Assembly (NCBI GenBank): GCA_002633005.1
Contig: NMRA01000259.1
Coordinates: forward strand, 419,840 to 483,839
DNA: 64,000 nt
Direction of reading: 5' to 3'
Source of the DNA: Phoronis australis
Taxonomy: Eukaryota > Animalia > Phoronida
Positions 63,393-64,000 of the stretch are shown here, piece by piece (the first letter of the stretch is position 1; each line of letters begins with the position of its first letter). Position numbers and translations under genes: made by a program. Under the pieces are notes generated by a model that made no database searches, was not told where the DNA came from, and saw nothing but the letters and a program-made list of their open reading frames with translations.

Positions 63393-64000
63393 CTGAAACA
63401 AAAGAAGGAAAGCTTAGCAATACAACTCTTGGCATTATACAAAATTCTTGAGTGAAGGAAATTTCCAATGTCGTGCAAAACACCTGACGTTTATTTTGTA
63501 ACACATACTGTTACAGTTGAGCAGCACAACTTCGACTATGACTCATTCATTTATTGACACGTGACTTCTGGGTGTGACATACAGTTGAATACAGCAACTG
63601 ACTCCATATCACTCTTGGCCACCATCCAGTAGAAGATCCTGGGTTGAAGTCTCAGTACTGGTGAATTTTACTACACTGATGTCCAACAATAGTAGAGCCC
63701 ACGTCTAGACAAGATGTCAGCAGCCTCTATATGTTATGGATATTTGGAACCATGCTCTTAGCCTGCCATCATCAACAACGAATCCTACACAAGACAGGCT
63801 AACTAAAACGACGAGCCTCGCTTAATAAAGTGACTTTTTTAGCCACATAGTTCACTAGCAGTGTTTTGACGTTCAGTGTCATGTACGCAACCTCGCAGAG
63901 GAAGAAATTTATTGAAGAATCAGTGAAAAAAGGGAACTGGCCAACAGGTGATGCTATATTTCATGGCGCTGACAGTCAGCGCATAAGGTTTCTCCACAAC

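Overview
Eukaryotic (invertebrate animal, probably lophotrochozoan; taxon is inference) genomic DNA with GT-AG spliced genes, dense DNA-transposon/MITE content and one 588-N assembly gap. I reconstructed four protein-coding genes by hand: a DIABLO/Smac homolog (+, 5 exons, 13756-25003, 228 aa, with a putative IAP-binding motif AKPV after a mitochondrial-type presequence); ISOC2 (-, 4 exons, 29018-35718, 200 aa); H6PD (+, 3 coding exons, 37161-42315, 764 aa, head-to-head with ISOC2); and PAXIP1/PTIP (-, 18 exons in the window, 45497-63392, 5' end outside the window). Mobile DNA includes a Kolobok-type element with a decayed KolX/P2X7-ballast-like ORF, two Mutator-like MITEs with 9-bp TSDs, two CAG-terminated MITEs with 6-bp TSDs, a decayed THAP domain, foldback hairpins, a HINE/Helentron-like element and tRNA-derived SINE heads. 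Main oddities: an apparent multi-layer nested insertion stack in DIABLO intron 1, tandem duplications of both a splice donor and a splice acceptor in PAXIP1, and an Arg-to-Cys change in a conserved H6PD motif. All homology calls come from motif recognition, not database searches.
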